DNA from: a virus | Taxonomy: Duplodnaviria; Heunggongvirae; Uroviricota; Caudoviricetes | IMG/VR virus record: IMGVR_UViG_2880361019_000008 | Length of the DNA stretch: 55,074 nucleotides | Direction: 5' to 3' (one strand) | In this document: one piece after another, positions 36,469-48,008 of the stretch | How positions within the stretch are numbered: position 1 is the stretch's first letter | Layout: every line of letters begins with the position of its first letter | Notes under the pieces: generated by a model | The model's input: the letters and a program-made list of their open reading frames with translations, nothing else | Told to the model about the DNA's origin: nothing | Databases searched by the model: none | Translations under genes and position numbers: made by a program

Positions 36469-36996
36469 TTATTGAATGATGCCGCAGGCCATTCTCGCAC
36501 CACCACCGCCCAGGGGCTCCGGATGGTCATGATGGTTATCACCGCCAGCATGAAGCATGAGAGAACGCCCTTTAATCTCTTTTAATGAGTTCAGTCTCGG
36601 GGCCAGGACCGGGTAGTTCGCTTTTCCGTCATGCGTCACGAACAGCGCAGGGAGGTCGCCCAGGTGTCCATCCGGAGACCAGGGGCCAAGATGTTTGCCG
36701 GTGTTTTTCGGGTCAAAGTGACCGCCAGCCGATAATGCTGCGACCGGTTTTCCGTCTTTCAGTGCCGGGGCGCAATTTCCTTTTTCGTGCACATGAAAAC
36801 CATGAATGCCTTCAGACAGAGAGTGAAGGGCTGGTGTGAACAGCAGACCGTAGGGGGTCTCCTGAATGGTTATTTTTCCAATGCTGACTTCTTTTCCGTC
36901 AGCACTGACAAGGTTCATTGGGACTTCCTGTTCTGCTGCGTATCCGCATGATGCTGCTGTCAGCATGGCAATGGCAGCAATGATTTTACATTTCAT
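36469..36996 (-). CDS. sodC: Periplasmic Cu/Zn superoxide dismutase (prophage moron)
   Basis: 175-aa frame with signal peptide [21 protein letters not shown] and motifs [21 protein letters not shown]; opposite strand to tail genes. Confidence 0.9.
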   Translation of the reverse strand: MKCKIIAAIAMLTAASCGYAAEQEVPMNLVSADGKEVSIGKITIQETPYGLLFTPALHSLSEGIHGFHVHEKGNCAPALKDGKPVAALSAGGHFDPKNTGKHLGPWSPDGHLGDLPALFVTHDGKANYPVLAPRLNSLKEIKGRSLMLHAGGDNHHDHPEPLGGGGARMACGIIQ

Positions 36997-39662
36997 AAAA
37001 CCCTCATTAATTCCGTTAACAGACTGAGCTTGCTGGTTACAGGGTAACAAACAGCGTTCTGATGATATCGCGCAATAGCTGTGCAATATCCTATCACTGC
37101 GATTAATAATACCAATTGAGAGGAACATTATGGGTAAAGGTGGCGGCAGGGCACACACGCCGGTTGAGGCAAAGGACAATCTTAAGTCCACGCAGCAGAT
37201 GATGAGCGTGATTGATGCCATTGGTGAAGGGCCGATTGAAGGTCCGGTGAAGGGGCTGCAGAGTATCCTGGTGAACAAAACCCCGCTGACGGACACGGAC
37301 GGTAATCCTGTGATACATGGTGTGACCGCGGTCTGGCGCGCCGGGGAGCAGGAGCAGACACCACCTGAAGGCTTTGAGTCCTCCGGGGCGGAAACCGCAC
37401 TGGGCGTGGAAGTGACGAAAGCAAAGCCGGTGACACGCACCATTACGTCCGCGAACATTGACCGCCTGCGGGTCACCTTCGGGGTGCAGTCACTGTTGGA
37501 GACCACCTCAAAGGGCGACCGTAATCCCTCTTCTGTCCGGCTGCTGATTCAGTTGCAGCGTAACGGTAACTGGGTGACGGAAAAGGATGTCACCATTAAC
37601 GGCAAGACCACCTCACAGTACCTGGCGTCGGTGATTCTGGATAATCTGCCTGAGCGGCCCTTTAACATCCGGATGGTCCGGGAGACAGCGGACAGCACCT
37701 CGGACCAGCTGCAGAATAAGACGCTCTGGTCGTCATACACCGAAATCATCGATGTGAAACAGTGCTACCCGAACACGGCGATTGTGGGGCTGCAGGTGGA
37801 TGCGGAGCAGTTTGGCGGTCAGCAGATGACGGTGAACTACCATATCCGAGGTCGCATCATCCAGGTGCCGTCAAACTATGACCCGGAAAAACGCACTTAC
37901 AGCGGCATCTGGGACGGCAGTCTGAAACCGGCATACAGCAACAACCCGGCCTGGTGCCTGTGGGACATGCTGACTCACCCGCGCTATGGCATGGGAAAAC
38001 GTCTGGGGGCGGCGGATGTGGACAAATGGGCGCTGTATGCCATTGCGCAGTACTGCGACCAGACGGTCCCGGATGGTTTCGGGGGCACAGAGCCGCGGAT
38101 GACCTTTAATGCGTACCTGTCACAACAGCGTAAGGCGTGGGACGTTCTCAGTGATTTCTGCTCGGCGATGCGCTGTATGCCGGTATGGAACGGCCAGACG
38201 CTGACGTTCGTTCAGGACCGCCCGTCGGATGTGGTGTGGCCGTACACCAACTGCGATGTGGTGGTGGATGATAACGGCGTGGGGTTTCGCTACAGCTTCA
38301 GCGCCCTGAAGGACCGCCACACGGCGGTGGAGGTGAATTACACCGACCCGCAGAACGGCTGGCAGACCTCCACGGAACTGGTGGAAGACCCGGAAGCCAT
38401 ACTGCGCTACGGGCGCAACCTGCTGAAGATGGATGCGTTCGGTTGCACCAGTCGCGGTCAGGCCCACCGTGCCGGGCTGTGGGTGATAAAGACCGGACTG
38501 CTGGAAACGCAGACGGTGGATTTCACGCTCGGGTCACAGGGGCTGCGTCACACACCCGGTGACATTATTGAAATCTGTGATAACGACTATGCCGGGACCA
38601 TGACCGGCGGACGTATCCTGTCCATCGATGCCGCCAGCCGCACCCTGACACTGGACCGTGAGGTGACCCTGCCGGAGACAGGTGCCACCACGGTGAACCT
38701 GATTAACGGCAGCGGTAAGCCGGTGAGCGTGGCCATCACTGCACACCCCGCGCCGGACCGGATACAGGTCAGCACCCTGCCTGATGGTGTGGAGACATAC
38801 GGTGTATGGGGACTCTCCCTGCCGTCACTGCGTCGTCGCCTGTTCCGCTGTGTCTCCATCCGGGAAAACACGGACGGCACCTTTGCCATCACGGCGGTGC
38901 AGCACGTACCGGAAAAAGAAGCCATCGTGGATAACGGGGCCAGCTTTGAGCCGCAGTCAGGCACCCTGAACAGCGTTATTCCACCGGCAGTGCAGCACCT
39001 GACGGTGGAGGTGAGCGCGGCTGACGGTCAGTATCTGGCACAGGCGAAATGGGACACGCCGCGGGTGGTGAAGGGTGTGCGCTTCAGTCTGCGCCTGACC
39101 AGCGGAAGCGGAGAAGACAGCCGTCTGGTGACCACCGCCATCACTGCGGATACAGAGCATCGTTTCGGTGGTCTGCCGCTCGGGGAATACACCCTGACAG
39201 TCAGGGCAATTAACAGTTATGGCCAGCAGGGCGAACCGGCCACCACCACCTTCCGGATTAACGCGCCAGCAAAACCCGCCACCATTGAACTGACGCCGGG
39301 GTATTTTCAGATAACGGCGGTACCGGTGCTGGCGGTGTATGACCCGACGGTGCAGTTTGAGTTCTGGTTTTCGGAAAAACGCATCACGAACACGGCACAG
39401 GTGGAAAAATCTGCCCGTTATCTGGGGAGCGGCAGTCAGTGGACTGTCCAGGGAAGCCGGATTAAGCCGGGGACGGATTTCTGGTTTTACGTGCGCAGCG
39501 TCAACCTGGTGGGGAAATCTGCGTTTGTGGAAGTCAGCGGGCAGCCCAGCAATGATGGTGAAGGGTATCTGGAATTTTTCCGGAAAAAAATAGGAAAACT
39601 GCATCTGGCTCAGGGGTGTGGGAACTGATAGATAACAGCCAGCTTGCAGATGAGATGGCGGA

Positions 39663-39667
39663 GATGA
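39663..39667. repeat. Target-site duplication GATGA (left copy) of the IS21-family insertion
   Basis: Same pentamer at 44711-44715; removing the IS and one copy restores ...[17 protein letters not shown]... Confidence 0.6.
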
Positions 39668-39860
39668 TGCGTATTTTCATGAAAGGAGATCACTCAATAA
39701 CTTCCATCGAGATCGGGTAATAACATTTGAACAGATCGCTGAATAACATCGATGGAGATCACTTTTGACTCATTTTGTTATTCAGTGATCTCCATCAATG
39801 TTATTGGAACTTCACAGGTGTGTTGATCTGTATCTTTTGCCATTCCGGTAAAGGATACCT

Positions 39861-40716
39861 ATGCCAACAGTTCCAATTTCTATGAGAAAACTTAAAGAAA
39901 TTCTTAGGCTTAAATACGGTGTTGGACTCAGCCATCGACAAATTGGTCGTAGTCTTGCAATCTCCCCTTCCGTTGTATCCAGATATGCTAATCGGGCGGC
40001 TCAACTTGGCATAAAGCAGTGGCCCTTACCTACAGGATGGGATGATACAAAACTAAAACATGCGTTCCTTCAGACCCAGGTTAAGATGAAGAAGCACTCT
40101 CTGCCTGACTGGGCTACAGTACACCGGGAACTGCGTAATAAATGCGTGACGCTGCAGCTACTCTGGGAAGAATACTGTGAGCGTAATCCAGGCGGTTTTT
40201 ACAGCTATAACCATTACTGCCGGATGTACCGTGAATGGCTCAAAACCACTTCACCATCAATGCGTCAGGTACATAAAGCTGGCGAAAAACTTTTCGTTGA
40301 TTACTGTGGACCTACCGTTGGCGTTACCGACCCTGAGACCGGAGAAATAAGAACTGCTCAGGTCATCGTAGCTGTTCTCGGGGCATCAAGTTACACATGG
40401 GCAGAGGCCACCTGGTCTCAGCAGCTTGAAGACTGGGTGATGAGTCATGTTCGCTGCTTCCAGTGGTTGGGTGGCGTTCCTGAACTTGTTGTTCCGGACA
40501 ATCTGAAAAGCGCCACATCCAGGGCATGTAAGTATGATCCTGACGTTAACCCTACCTACCAGCAGATGCTTGAGCATTATAATGTCGCAGTTTTGCCTGC
40601 GCGGCCACGTAAACCGAAAGATAAAGCCAAAGCTGAAGTTGGCGTTCAGGTTGTTGAACGCTGGATCATGGCCCGAATCAGGCATGAGATCTTCTACAGC
40701 CTTGCATCGCTTAATC
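39861..40716 (+). pseudogene. istA: IS21-family transposase IstA, N-terminal fragment (interrupted by IS66-family element)
   Basis: 302-aa ORF with HTH and integrase-core motifs; reading frame continues at 43171. Confidence 0.8.
40709..40716. repeat. Target-site duplication GCTTAATC (left copy) of the IS66-family insertion
   Basis: Identical 8-mer at 43171-43178 flanking GTAAGCG...CGCTTAC ends. Confidence 0.7.
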
Positions 40717-40797
40717 GTAAGCGTCGTCTCAGCACCGTCTGGCAGATCCTGAAATTCCTGAGAGAATAGTGGACACCAAATATGGTGGACGCTATCC

Positions 40798-41202
40798 ATG
40801 AAATCATTAACCGCAGTGCGTAAAAAAAGCCCTAATTATCCCGTTGAGTTCAAAATCAAAATGGTTGAACTCTCGCATCGACCAGAGATCTCCGTAGCGC
40901 AACTCGCTCGTGAGCATGGGATCAACGATAATTTGCTGTTCAAGTGGCGCCAGTACTGGCGCGAAGGAAAACTACGTCCTCCTTCAACAACAGAAAACAA
41001 CGTGCCTGAGCTGCTCCCGATAACACTTGATGCCGAAGATGTTGTCCCTACAACCTCCCCCCGGTCACAACCTGTAGCTGCTGCGACACCTGAATCACTC
41101 AATATCAGCTGTGAAGTGACGTTCCGGCACGGATCACTCCGTCTGAATGGTGCCATCAGCGAAAATATCCTGAACCTGCTGATACGGGAGCTCAAACGTT
41201 GA
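40798..41202 (+). CDS. IS66-family accessory protein (orf1/TnpA)
   Basis: 134-aa ORF, first of three IS66 ORFs. Confidence 0.85.
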   Translation: MKSLTAVRKKSPNYPVEFKIKMVELSHRPEISVAQLAREHGINDNLLFKWRQYWREGKLRPPSTTENNVPELLPITLDAEDVVPTTSPRSQPVAAATPESLNISCEVTFRHGSLRLNGAISENILNLLIRELKR

Positions 41203-41546
41203 TCCCATTACCATCAGGGACAAAGATCTGGCTGGTCGCTGGCATCACCGATATGAGAAACGGCTTCAACGGCCTGGCGGCAAAGGTGCAGACGACGCTG
41301 AAAGACGATCCGATGTCAGGTCACGTTTTTATCTTCCGTGGGCGTAATGGCAGTCAGGTAAAGCTCCTCTGGTCTACCGGCGATGGACTGTGTCTGCTGA
41401 CCAAACGGCTGGAGCGCGGCCGCTTCGCCTGGCCGTCAGCCCGGGATGGCAAAGTGTTCCTCACACCGGCACAGCTGGCGATGCTGCTGGAAGGTATCGA
41501 CTGGCGGCAGCCTAAAAGACTGCTTACGTCCCTGACTATGTTGTAA
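41199..41546 (+). CDS. IS66-family accessory protein (orf2/TnpB)
   Basis: 115-aa ORF overlapping orf1 stop. Confidence 0.85.
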   Translation: MIPLPSGTKIWLVAGITDMRNGFNGLAAKVQTTLKDDPMSGHVFIFRGRNGSQVKLLWSTGDGLCLLTKRLERGRFAWPSARDGKVFLTPAQLAMLLEGIDWRQPKRLLTSLTML

Positions 41547-41594
41547 GCCTCTTTATCCTGGTCGACGCTGAATGAGCCTGGTAATATACCCGGT

Positions 41595-43133
41595 ATGAGC
41601 AGCTCACTTCCTGACGATATCAATGCACTGAAACGTCTCCTTGCCGAACAGGAGGCGCTGAACCGTGCCCTGCAGGAAAAGCTGAACGAGCGTGAACGCG
41701 AAATAGACCATCTGCAGGCACAGCTGGATAAGCTGCGCCGGATGAACTTCGGCAGCCGCTCGGAAAAAGTCTCCCGTCGTATCGCACAGATGGAAGCTGA
41801 CCTGAAGGCACTTCAGAAAGAAAGTGATACCCTTACCGGTCGGGTTGACGACCCGGCCGTGCAGCGCCCGCTGCGTCAAACCCGCACCCGCAAACCGTTC
41901 CCCGAATCACTCCCCCGCGATGAAAAACGGCTGCTGCCGGCAGCGTCATGCTGCCCGGAATGTGGAGGCTCGCTGAGCTATCTGGGTGAGGATGCCGCCG
42001 AACAGCTGGAGCTGATGCGCAGCGCCTTCCGGGTTATCCGGACTGTACGTGAAAAGCATGCCTGTACTCAGTGCGATGCCATCGTGCAGGCCCCCGCGCC
42101 TTCACGGCCCATCGAGCGGGGTATCGCAGGACCGGGGCTGCTGGCCCGCGTGCTGATCTCAAAGTATGCAGAGCACACCCCGCTGTACCGCCAGTCTGAA
42201 ATGTACGGCCGCCAGGGCGTGGAGCTGAGTCGTTCACTGCTGTCGGGCTGGGTGGATGCATGCTGCCGGCTACTGTCACCGCTGGAAGAAGCGCTTCAGG
42301 ACTATGTGCTGACTGACGGTAAGCTCCATGCTGATGACACGCCTGTCCCGGTGCTGTTGCCAGGCAATAAGAAAACGAAGACCGGGCGGTTATGGACCTA
42401 CGTTCGTGACGACCGTAACGCCGGGTCAACGCTGGCGCCGGCGGTGTGGTTCGCTTACAGCCCGGACAGAAAAGGCATCCATCCGCAGACCCATCTTGCG
42501 GGGTTCAGTGGTGTACTGCAGGCGGATGCATACGCCGGGTTCAACGAGCTGTACCGGGATGGCCGGATAACGGAAGCCGCCTGTTGGGCTCACGCCCGCC
42601 GTAAAATCCACGATGTGCACGTTCGCACCCCGTCAGCCCTGACGGAGGAAGCGCTGAAACGGATCGGCGAACTGTACGCCATCGAGGCAGAGATAAGGGG
42701 AATGACGGCGGAGCAGCGCCTTGCCGAACGTCAGTTGAAAACGAAACCGCTGCTGAAATCCCTGGAAAGCTGGCTGCGTGAAAAGATGAAAACCCTGTCG
42801 CGACACTCAGAACTGGCGAAAGCGTTCGCATACGCCCTGAACCAGTGGCCGGCGCTGACGTACTATGCAGATGATGGCTGGGCTGAGGCGGACAATAACA
42901 TCGCTGAAAATGCGTTGCGGATGGTCAGTCTGGGCCGCAAAAACTACCTGTTCTTCGGTTCGGATCATGGAGGAGAGCGGGGAGCGCTGCTGTACAGCCT
43001 GATCGGGACGTGCAAACTGAACGGAGTGGAGCCAGAAAGCTACCTCCGCTATGTCCTTGACGTCATAGCCGACTGGCCGATAAACCGGGTCGGCGAACTG
43101 CTCCCCTGGCGCGTAGCACTGCCGACTGAATAA
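41595..43133 (+). CDS. IS66-family transposase (orf3)
   Basis: 512-aa ORF with N-terminal coiled coil and zinc-ribbon CPECGG. Confidence 0.9.
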   Translation: MSSSLPDDINALKRLLAEQEALNRALQEKLNEREREIDHLQAQLDKLRRMNFGSRSEKVSRRIAQMEADLKALQKESDTLTGRVDDPAVQRPLRQTRTRKPFPESLPRDEKRLLPAASCCPECGGSLSYLGEDAAEQLELMRSAFRVIRTVREKHACTQCDAIVQAPAPSRPIERGIAGPGLLARVLISKYAEHTPLYRQSEMYGRQGVELSRSLLSGWVDACCRLLSPLEEALQDYVLTDGKLHADDTPVPVLLPGNKKTKTGRLWTYVRDDRNAGSTLAPAVWFAYSPDRKGIHPQTHLAGFSGVLQADAYAGFNELYRDGRITEAACWAHARRKIHDVHVRTPSALTEEALKRIGELYAIEAEIRGMTAEQRLAERQLKTKPLLKSLESWLREKMKTLSRHSELAKAFAYALNQWPALTYYADDGWAEADNNIAENALRMVSLGRKNYLFFGSDHGGERGALLYSLIGTCKLNGVEPESYLRYVLDVIADWPINRVGELLPWRVALPTE

Positions 43134-43170
43134 CACATCCCCGTCAATACGGTTCTTGCTGCACGCTTAC

Positions 43171-43864
43171 GCTTAATCAGCGCATTCGGGAGTTGCTGGA
43201 AAGACTGAATAACAAAATAATGCAGAAGTTGGGTTATTCACGTGCAGAACTCTTCATCCAGCTTGATAAACCCGCACTGAAGCCTCTTCCTGAAGCCAGT
43301 TACAGTTACACCCTGGTGAAGAAAGTCAGAGTTCATGCCGATTACCACGTGGAAATCGACAAACATTACTACTCGGTTCCATGTTCGCTGTTAGGCCAGC
43401 AACTGGAAGCATGGATCTCCGGAGAACTGGTAAGACTCTTCAATCAGGGGCAGGAGGTTGCTGTGCACCCGCGCAAGCGTACTTATGGCTACAGTACCCG
43501 CAACGAGCACATGCCTGAAGCTCATCGACAGCATGCCACCTGGACGCCAGAGCGTCTTCTGGAATGGGCGGGGCACATAGGCAGTGAAACTCATAGTTAT
43601 GTGCTTCATATACTGAACTCTCGTCCACATCCGGAACAAAGCTATCGCTTCTGCCTTGGACTCCTGAACCTTCATAAAAAATACAGTAAAGCCAGACTTA
43701 ATGCAGCATGTGCAAGAGCTCTGAAAACAAAGGTATGGCGTCTGTCAGGTATTAAATCGATCCTGGAAAAAGGTCTGGATAAACAACCTGTTCAGGATCC
43801 AAAACCAGATCTGTTATCCACGATGGAACACGAAAACGTACGCGGCAGTGAGTATTACCACTGA
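43171..43864 (+). pseudogene. istA: IS21-family transposase IstA, C-terminal fragment
   Basis: Frame continuous with N-fragment once the IS66 element and one duplication copy are removed. Confidence 0.75.
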
Positions 43865-43875
43865 TACGGGATCCA

Positions 43876-44625
43876 ATGATGAATCATCTTTACGAACAAC
43901 TGACCGCACTTAAACTCACCGGCTTCCGTGATGCGCTTAAAAAGCAACTTGCTCAGCCGGGCACATACCAGGAGCTGGGCTTCGAAGAACGCCTGTCATT
44001 ACTGACAGCAGAAGAACTAACCTGCCGTGAAAACAGGAAGGCAGAGCGTCTGATCAAACATGCACGGTTCAGACTTAATGCTGAGTTATCAAAGCTGGAT
44101 TATCGTAACAATAGAGGGCTGGACAGGGCCCTCATCCGTTCACTCAGTCAGGGAAACTGGTTAACCCTGAAACAAAATATTTTACTGACCGGGGCCACCG
44201 GCAGCGGTAAAACGTTCCTGGCATGTGCACTTGGTCATAATGCCTGCCGACAGGGATACAAGGTCTACTATTATCGCCTTAAAGCGCTGATGGAACAGTG
44301 CTATCAGGGGCATGCTGATGGAAGATACAGCAAACTTTTGACCAGGCTGAATAATAGCGATCTGCTGCTTCTGGATGACTGGGGGCTGGAACCTCTCTCA
44401 TCAGAACAGCGTAGCGACCTGCTGGAAATAGTGGATCTGATGTACCAACGAGGCTCAATCATCGTAGTGAGCCAGTTGCCGGTGGAAAACTGGTACAAAA
44501 TGATCGGAGACTCCACACATGCGGATGCCATCCTAGATCGACTGGTTCATGGCAGTATCAAGATCGAACTTAAAGGAGAATCAATGCGGAAAATACAATC
44601 TCCGTTGACCGAAGGAGATCAGTGA
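43876..44625 (+). CDS. istB: IS21-family ATP-binding helper protein IstB
   Basis: 249-aa ORF with Walker A GATGSGKT and Walker B LLLLDDWG. Confidence 0.9.
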   Translation: MMNHLYEQLTALKLTGFRDALKKQLAQPGTYQELGFEERLSLLTAEELTCRENRKAERLIKHARFRLNAELSKLDYRNNRGLDRALIRSLSQGNWLTLKQNILLTGATGSGKTFLACALGHNACRQGYKVYYYRLKALMEQCYQGHADGRYSKLLTRLNNSDLLLLDDWGLEPLSSEQRSDLLEIVDLMYQRGSIIVVSQLPVENWYKMIGDSTHADAILDRLVHGSIKIELKGESMRKIQSPLTEGDQ

Positions 44626-44710
44626 AGGTAATTTAAAAACGGTTCTGTGAAAGTGACACGAACCGATCTCCATCGATGTTACTCACCGATCTCCTTCACG
44701 GTAATACGCA

Positions 44711-44715
44711 GATGA
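44711..44715. repeat. Target-site duplication GATGA (right copy) of the IS21-family insertion
   Basis: See left copy at 39663-39667. Confidence 0.6.
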
Positions 44716-45723
44716 AGACCAGCATCACGGAAACCCGCAATGAAATCACACAGACGGTCAGTAAAACACTGGAGAACCAGAGCGCCACCATACAGCAGAT
44801 ACAGCGCGTGCAGAAGGACACAAATGATGACCTGGCTGCGCTGTACATGCTGAAGGTTCAAAAAACGAAAGACGGCATTCCCTATGTGGCCGGGATTGGT
44901 GCAGGGATTGAGGATACTGATGGTCAGCCACTGAGCAACATACTGCTGCTGGCTGACCGTATCGCGATGATAAATCCGGAGAGCAGCAACAGCACGCCGT
45001 TATTTGTGGCGCAGGGGAATCAGCTGTTCATGAACGACGTGTTCCTGAAACGACTGTTTGCGGTGAGCATCACGTCATCCGGCAATCCTCCGGCATTTTC
45101 CCTGACGCCGGACGGGCGACTGACGGCGAAAAATGCGGATATCAGTGGCAGTGTGAATGCGAACTCAGGGACGCTCAACAACGTCACGATTAATGAGAAC
45201 TGTCAGATTAAGGGGAAACTGTCAGCCAACCAGATTGAAGGCGATATAGTCAAAACAGTGGGTAAGGCTTTTCCGCGGGACTCCCGGGCACCGGAGCGGT
45301 GGCCATCAGGGACCATTACCGTCAGGGTTTATGACGATCAGCCGTTTGACCGGCAGATTGTTATTCCGGCGGTGGCATTCAGTGGCGCTAAGCATGAGAG
45401 AGAGAGCATACTGATATTTACTCCTCATGCCGTCTGATAGTGCGGAAAAACGGTGCTGAAATTTATAACCGTACCGCGCTGGATAATACGCTGATTTACA
45501 GTGGCGTTATTGATATGCCTGCCGGTTCACGGTCACATGACGCTGGAGTTTTCGGTATCAGCATGGCTGGTGAATAACTGGTATCCCACAGCAAGTATCA
45601 GCGATTTGCTGGTTGTGGTGATGAAGAAAGCCACCGCAGGCATCAGTATCAGCTGAATTTTATAACCCATATACGGGCGCCAGAAATGGCGCCTTTTTTA
45701 TTGCAGAAAAGCGAGAGGTAATT

Positions 45724-46323
45724 ATGCGTAAACTTTATGCCGCCATTTTGTCCGCAGCCATTTGTCTGGCCGTATCCGGTGCGCCTGCATGGGCGTCTGA
45801 ACATCAGTCTACGCTGAGCGCGGGGTATCTTCATGCCCCGACGAACGTTCCTGGCAGCGATGAACTGAACGGGATTAACGTGAAATACCGTTATGAGTTT
45901 ACGGACACACTGGGGATGGTGACGTCGTTCAGCTATGCAGGAGACAGGAATCGCCAGCTTACCCGTTACAGCGATACCCGCTGGCATGAAGATTCCGTTC
46001 GTAACCGCTGGTTCAGCGTGATGGCGGGGCCGTCTGTGCGCGTGAATGAATGGTTCAGCGCGTATGCGATGGCGGGTGTGGCTTACAGCCGTGTGTCGAC
46101 TTTCTCCGGGGATTATCTCAGCGTAACTGACAACAAGGGGAAAACGCATGATGTGCTGACCGGAAGTGATGACGCTCGCCACAGCAATACCTCTCTGGCG
46201 TGGGGAGCTGGCGTGCAGTTTAACCCGACCGAATCCGTGGCCATTGATGTCGCTTATGAAGGCTCCGGCAGTGGTGACTGGCGCACTGACGGTTTCATCG
46301 TTGGTGTCGGTTATAAATTCTGA
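45724..46323 (+). CDS. lom: Lom/Ail-family outer membrane beta-barrel protein (moron)
   Basis: 199-aa ORF with signal peptide and C-terminal beta-strand ending ..VGVGYKF. Confidence 0.85.
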   Translation: MRKLYAAILSAAICLAVSGAPAWASEHQSTLSAGYLHAPTNVPGSDELNGINVKYRYEFTDTLGMVTSFSYAGDRNRQLTRYSDTRWHEDSVRNRWFSVMAGPSVRVNEWFSAYAMAGVAYSRVSTFSGDYLSVTDNKGKTHDVLTGSDDARHSNTSLAWGAGVQFNPTESVAIDVAYEGSGSGDWRTDGFIVGVGYKF

Positions 46324-46344
46324 TTAGTAACACAGCGTTATGAC

Positions 46345-46371
46345 AGCCCGCCGGTTCAGGCGGGCTTTTTT
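46345..46371 (+). terminator. Intrinsic terminator after lom
   Basis: AGCCCGCC-GGTTCA-GGCGGGCT followed by T6. Confidence 0.65.
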
Positions 46372-46382
46372 GTGGGGGGAAT

Positions 46383-47696
46383 ATGGCAGTACGGATTTCA
46401 GGTGTACTGAAAGATGGTGCAGGTAAGCCGATACAAAACTGCACCATTCAGCTAAAGGCCAGGCGCAACAGCACCACGGTGGTGGTGAACACAGTGGCCT
46501 CAGAAAACCCGGATGAAGCCGGGAGTTACACAATGGACGTTGAGTACGGTCAGTACAGCGTCATTCTGTTGGTGGAGGGATTCCCGCCGTCACATGCCGG
46601 GACCATCACCGTGTATGAAGATTCTCAACCGGGGACGCTGAATGATTTTCTCGGTGCCATGTCGGAGGATGATGTCCGGCCGGAGGCACTGCGTCGTTTT
46701 GAACAGATGGTGGAAGAGGCAGCGCGTCACGCAGAGGAGGCGAAGAAGAATGCCGGAGAGGCGGAGACATCAGCGAGGAATGCCGGCATATCAGCCAGTC
46801 AGGCAGAAGAGAGCGCTGCAAATGCTGACACTTCAGCAGGGGATGCATCGGAGTCAGCCCGGCAGGCGGCAGAAAGTGCAGCCGCTGCAAAGCAGTCAGA
46901 GGAGGCGTCCTCGTCCTCGGCCTCTGCGGCCGCTCAAAAAGCCAGTGAGTCATCACAAAGTGCAGCAGATGCTGAATTGTCAAAAAAGACGGCAGAAAGT
47001 GCAGCCGGTAATGCAGCCAGGGATGCAACGACCGCAACAGAAAAAGCCCGGGAGTCAGCAGAAAGCGCACAGTCAGCGGAACAAAGCAGGATAGCGGCGG
47101 AAGAAGCCGTAAACCGCATCCCCACAGTGGTGGGACCTCCCGGGCCAAAGGGGGAACCGGGTCCCGCGGGTCCTCAGGGGCCGAAGGGAGATAAAGGAGA
47201 GCGTGGCGACACCGGCCCGGCAGGGGCAACCGGTGAAAGGGGACCGGCAGGTGATGCTGGTCCGGCAGGCCCGCAGGGGCCGAAAGGTGACAGGGGAGAG
47301 CGGGGAGAGACCGGTCTGACGGGAAATGCAGGTCCACAGGGTCCAAAGGGAGATACCGGTGCGGCAGGCCCGGCAGGCCCACAGGGACCGAAAGGAGAAA
47401 CAGGTGCGGCTGGCCCGGTGGGGGCGACCGGACCTCAGGGGCCGAAGGGCGACCCGGGGGAGACGCAAATACGGTTCCGTCTGGGGCCGGGAAACATTAT
47501 TGAGACAAACAGCCATGGCTGGTTCCCGGATACAGATGGCGCACTCATCACCGGACTGACCTTTCTTGACCCCAAAGATGCCACACAGGTTCAGGGGATG
47601 TTTCAGCATTTGCAGGTCAGATTTGGTGACGGGCCGTGGCAGGATGTTAAGGGGCTGGATGAAGTGGGCAGTGATACAGGCAGAACAGGAGAATGA
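46383..47696 (+). CDS. stf: Side tail fibre protein with collagen-like Gly-X-Y repeats
   Basis: 437-aa ORF; Ala/Ser/Glu-rich helical region then about 40 G-X-Y triplets ([20 protein letters not shown]...). Confidence 0.75.
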   Translation: MAVRISGVLKDGAGKPIQNCTIQLKARRNSTTVVVNTVASENPDEAGSYTMDVEYGQYSVILLVEGFPPSHAGTITVYEDSQPGTLNDFLGAMSEDDVRPEALRRFEQMVEEAARHAEEAKKNAGEAETSARNAGISASQAEESAANADTSAGDASESARQAAESAAAAKQSEEASSSSASAAAQKASESSQSAADAELSKKTAESAAGNAARDATTATEKARESAESAQSAEQSRIAAEEAVNRIPTVVGPPGPKGEPGPAGPQGPKGDKGERGDTGPAGATGERGPAGDAGPAGPQGPKGDRGERGETGLTGNAGPQGPKGDTGAAGPAGPQGPKGETGAAGPVGATGPQGPKGDPGETQIRFRLGPGNIIETNSHGWFPDTDGALITGLTFLDPKDATQVQGMFQHLQVRFGDGPWQDVKGLDEVGSDTGRTGE

Positions 47697-47697
47697 C

Positions 47698-47967
47698 ATG
47701 AACATACTAAAAAAACTTATGCAGCGTCTGTGTGGTTGCGGAAAGCATGATGGCCGTGAACACGGGCAGTCACTTACAGCACAACTGCGACTGGGGCCGG
47801 CAGACATCCTGGAGTCAGATGAGAATGGTATTATCCCGGAGCAGGCCAGGGTAATCACGCAGGTGGTGATACTGGATGCGGATAAAAAGCAGATACAGTG
47901 CGTGGTAAGACCGCTGCAAATTCTGCGTGCTGACGGGACGTGGGAAAATATTGGCGGGATGAAGTAA
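47698..47967 (+). CDS. Hypothetical small protein downstream of tail fibre gene
   Basis: 89-aa ORF; ATG overlaps stf stop; AGGAG upstream. Confidence 0.5.
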   Translation: MNILKKLMQRLCGCGKHDGREHGQSLTAQLRLGPADILESDENGIIPEQARVITQVVILDADKKQIQCVVRPLQILRADGTWENIGGMK

Positions 47968-47985
47968 CCCGACAGCTTCACAAAA

Positions 47986-48008
47986 CCGGAGTCCGGCTCC
48001 GGTTTTTG
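47986..48008 (+). terminator. Intrinsic terminator at the tail-module/cargo boundary
   Basis: CCGGAG-TCCGG-CTCCGG followed by T5. Confidence 0.6.

Larger units (their letters stand above)
40717..43170 (+). mobile_element. IS66-family insertion sequence (three-ORF type, about 2.45 kb) nested within istA
   Basis: Ends GTAAGCGT.../...ACGCTTAC, three ORFs in IS66 order, 8-bp duplication. Confidence 0.85.
39668..44710 (+). mobile_element. IS21-family insertion sequence (istA-istB) inserted in J, itself carrying a nested IS66-family element
   Basis: Terminal inverted repeats beginning TGCGTATT at both ends; istA fragments and intact istB; 5-bp flanking direct repeats. Confidence 0.8.
37130..45656 (+). 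pseudogene. J: Host-specificity protein J (tail tip), disrupted by frameshifts and a 5.0-kb IS insertion
   Basis: N-terminal 832-aa ORF 37130..39628; J-like reading resumes in other frames at 39562..39667 and 44711..45656. Confidence 0.8.

Noticed and set aside
36997-37506. N-terminal extension of the 345-aa minus-strand ORF containing sodC
   Set aside because: Only the C-terminal 175 codons (from MKCK signal peptide) look like SodC; the extension is low-complexity read-through antisense to the start of J
45649-46182. 177-aa minus-strand ORF
   Set aside because: Antisense to lom, whose signal peptide and beta-barrel features make the plus-strand gene the real one
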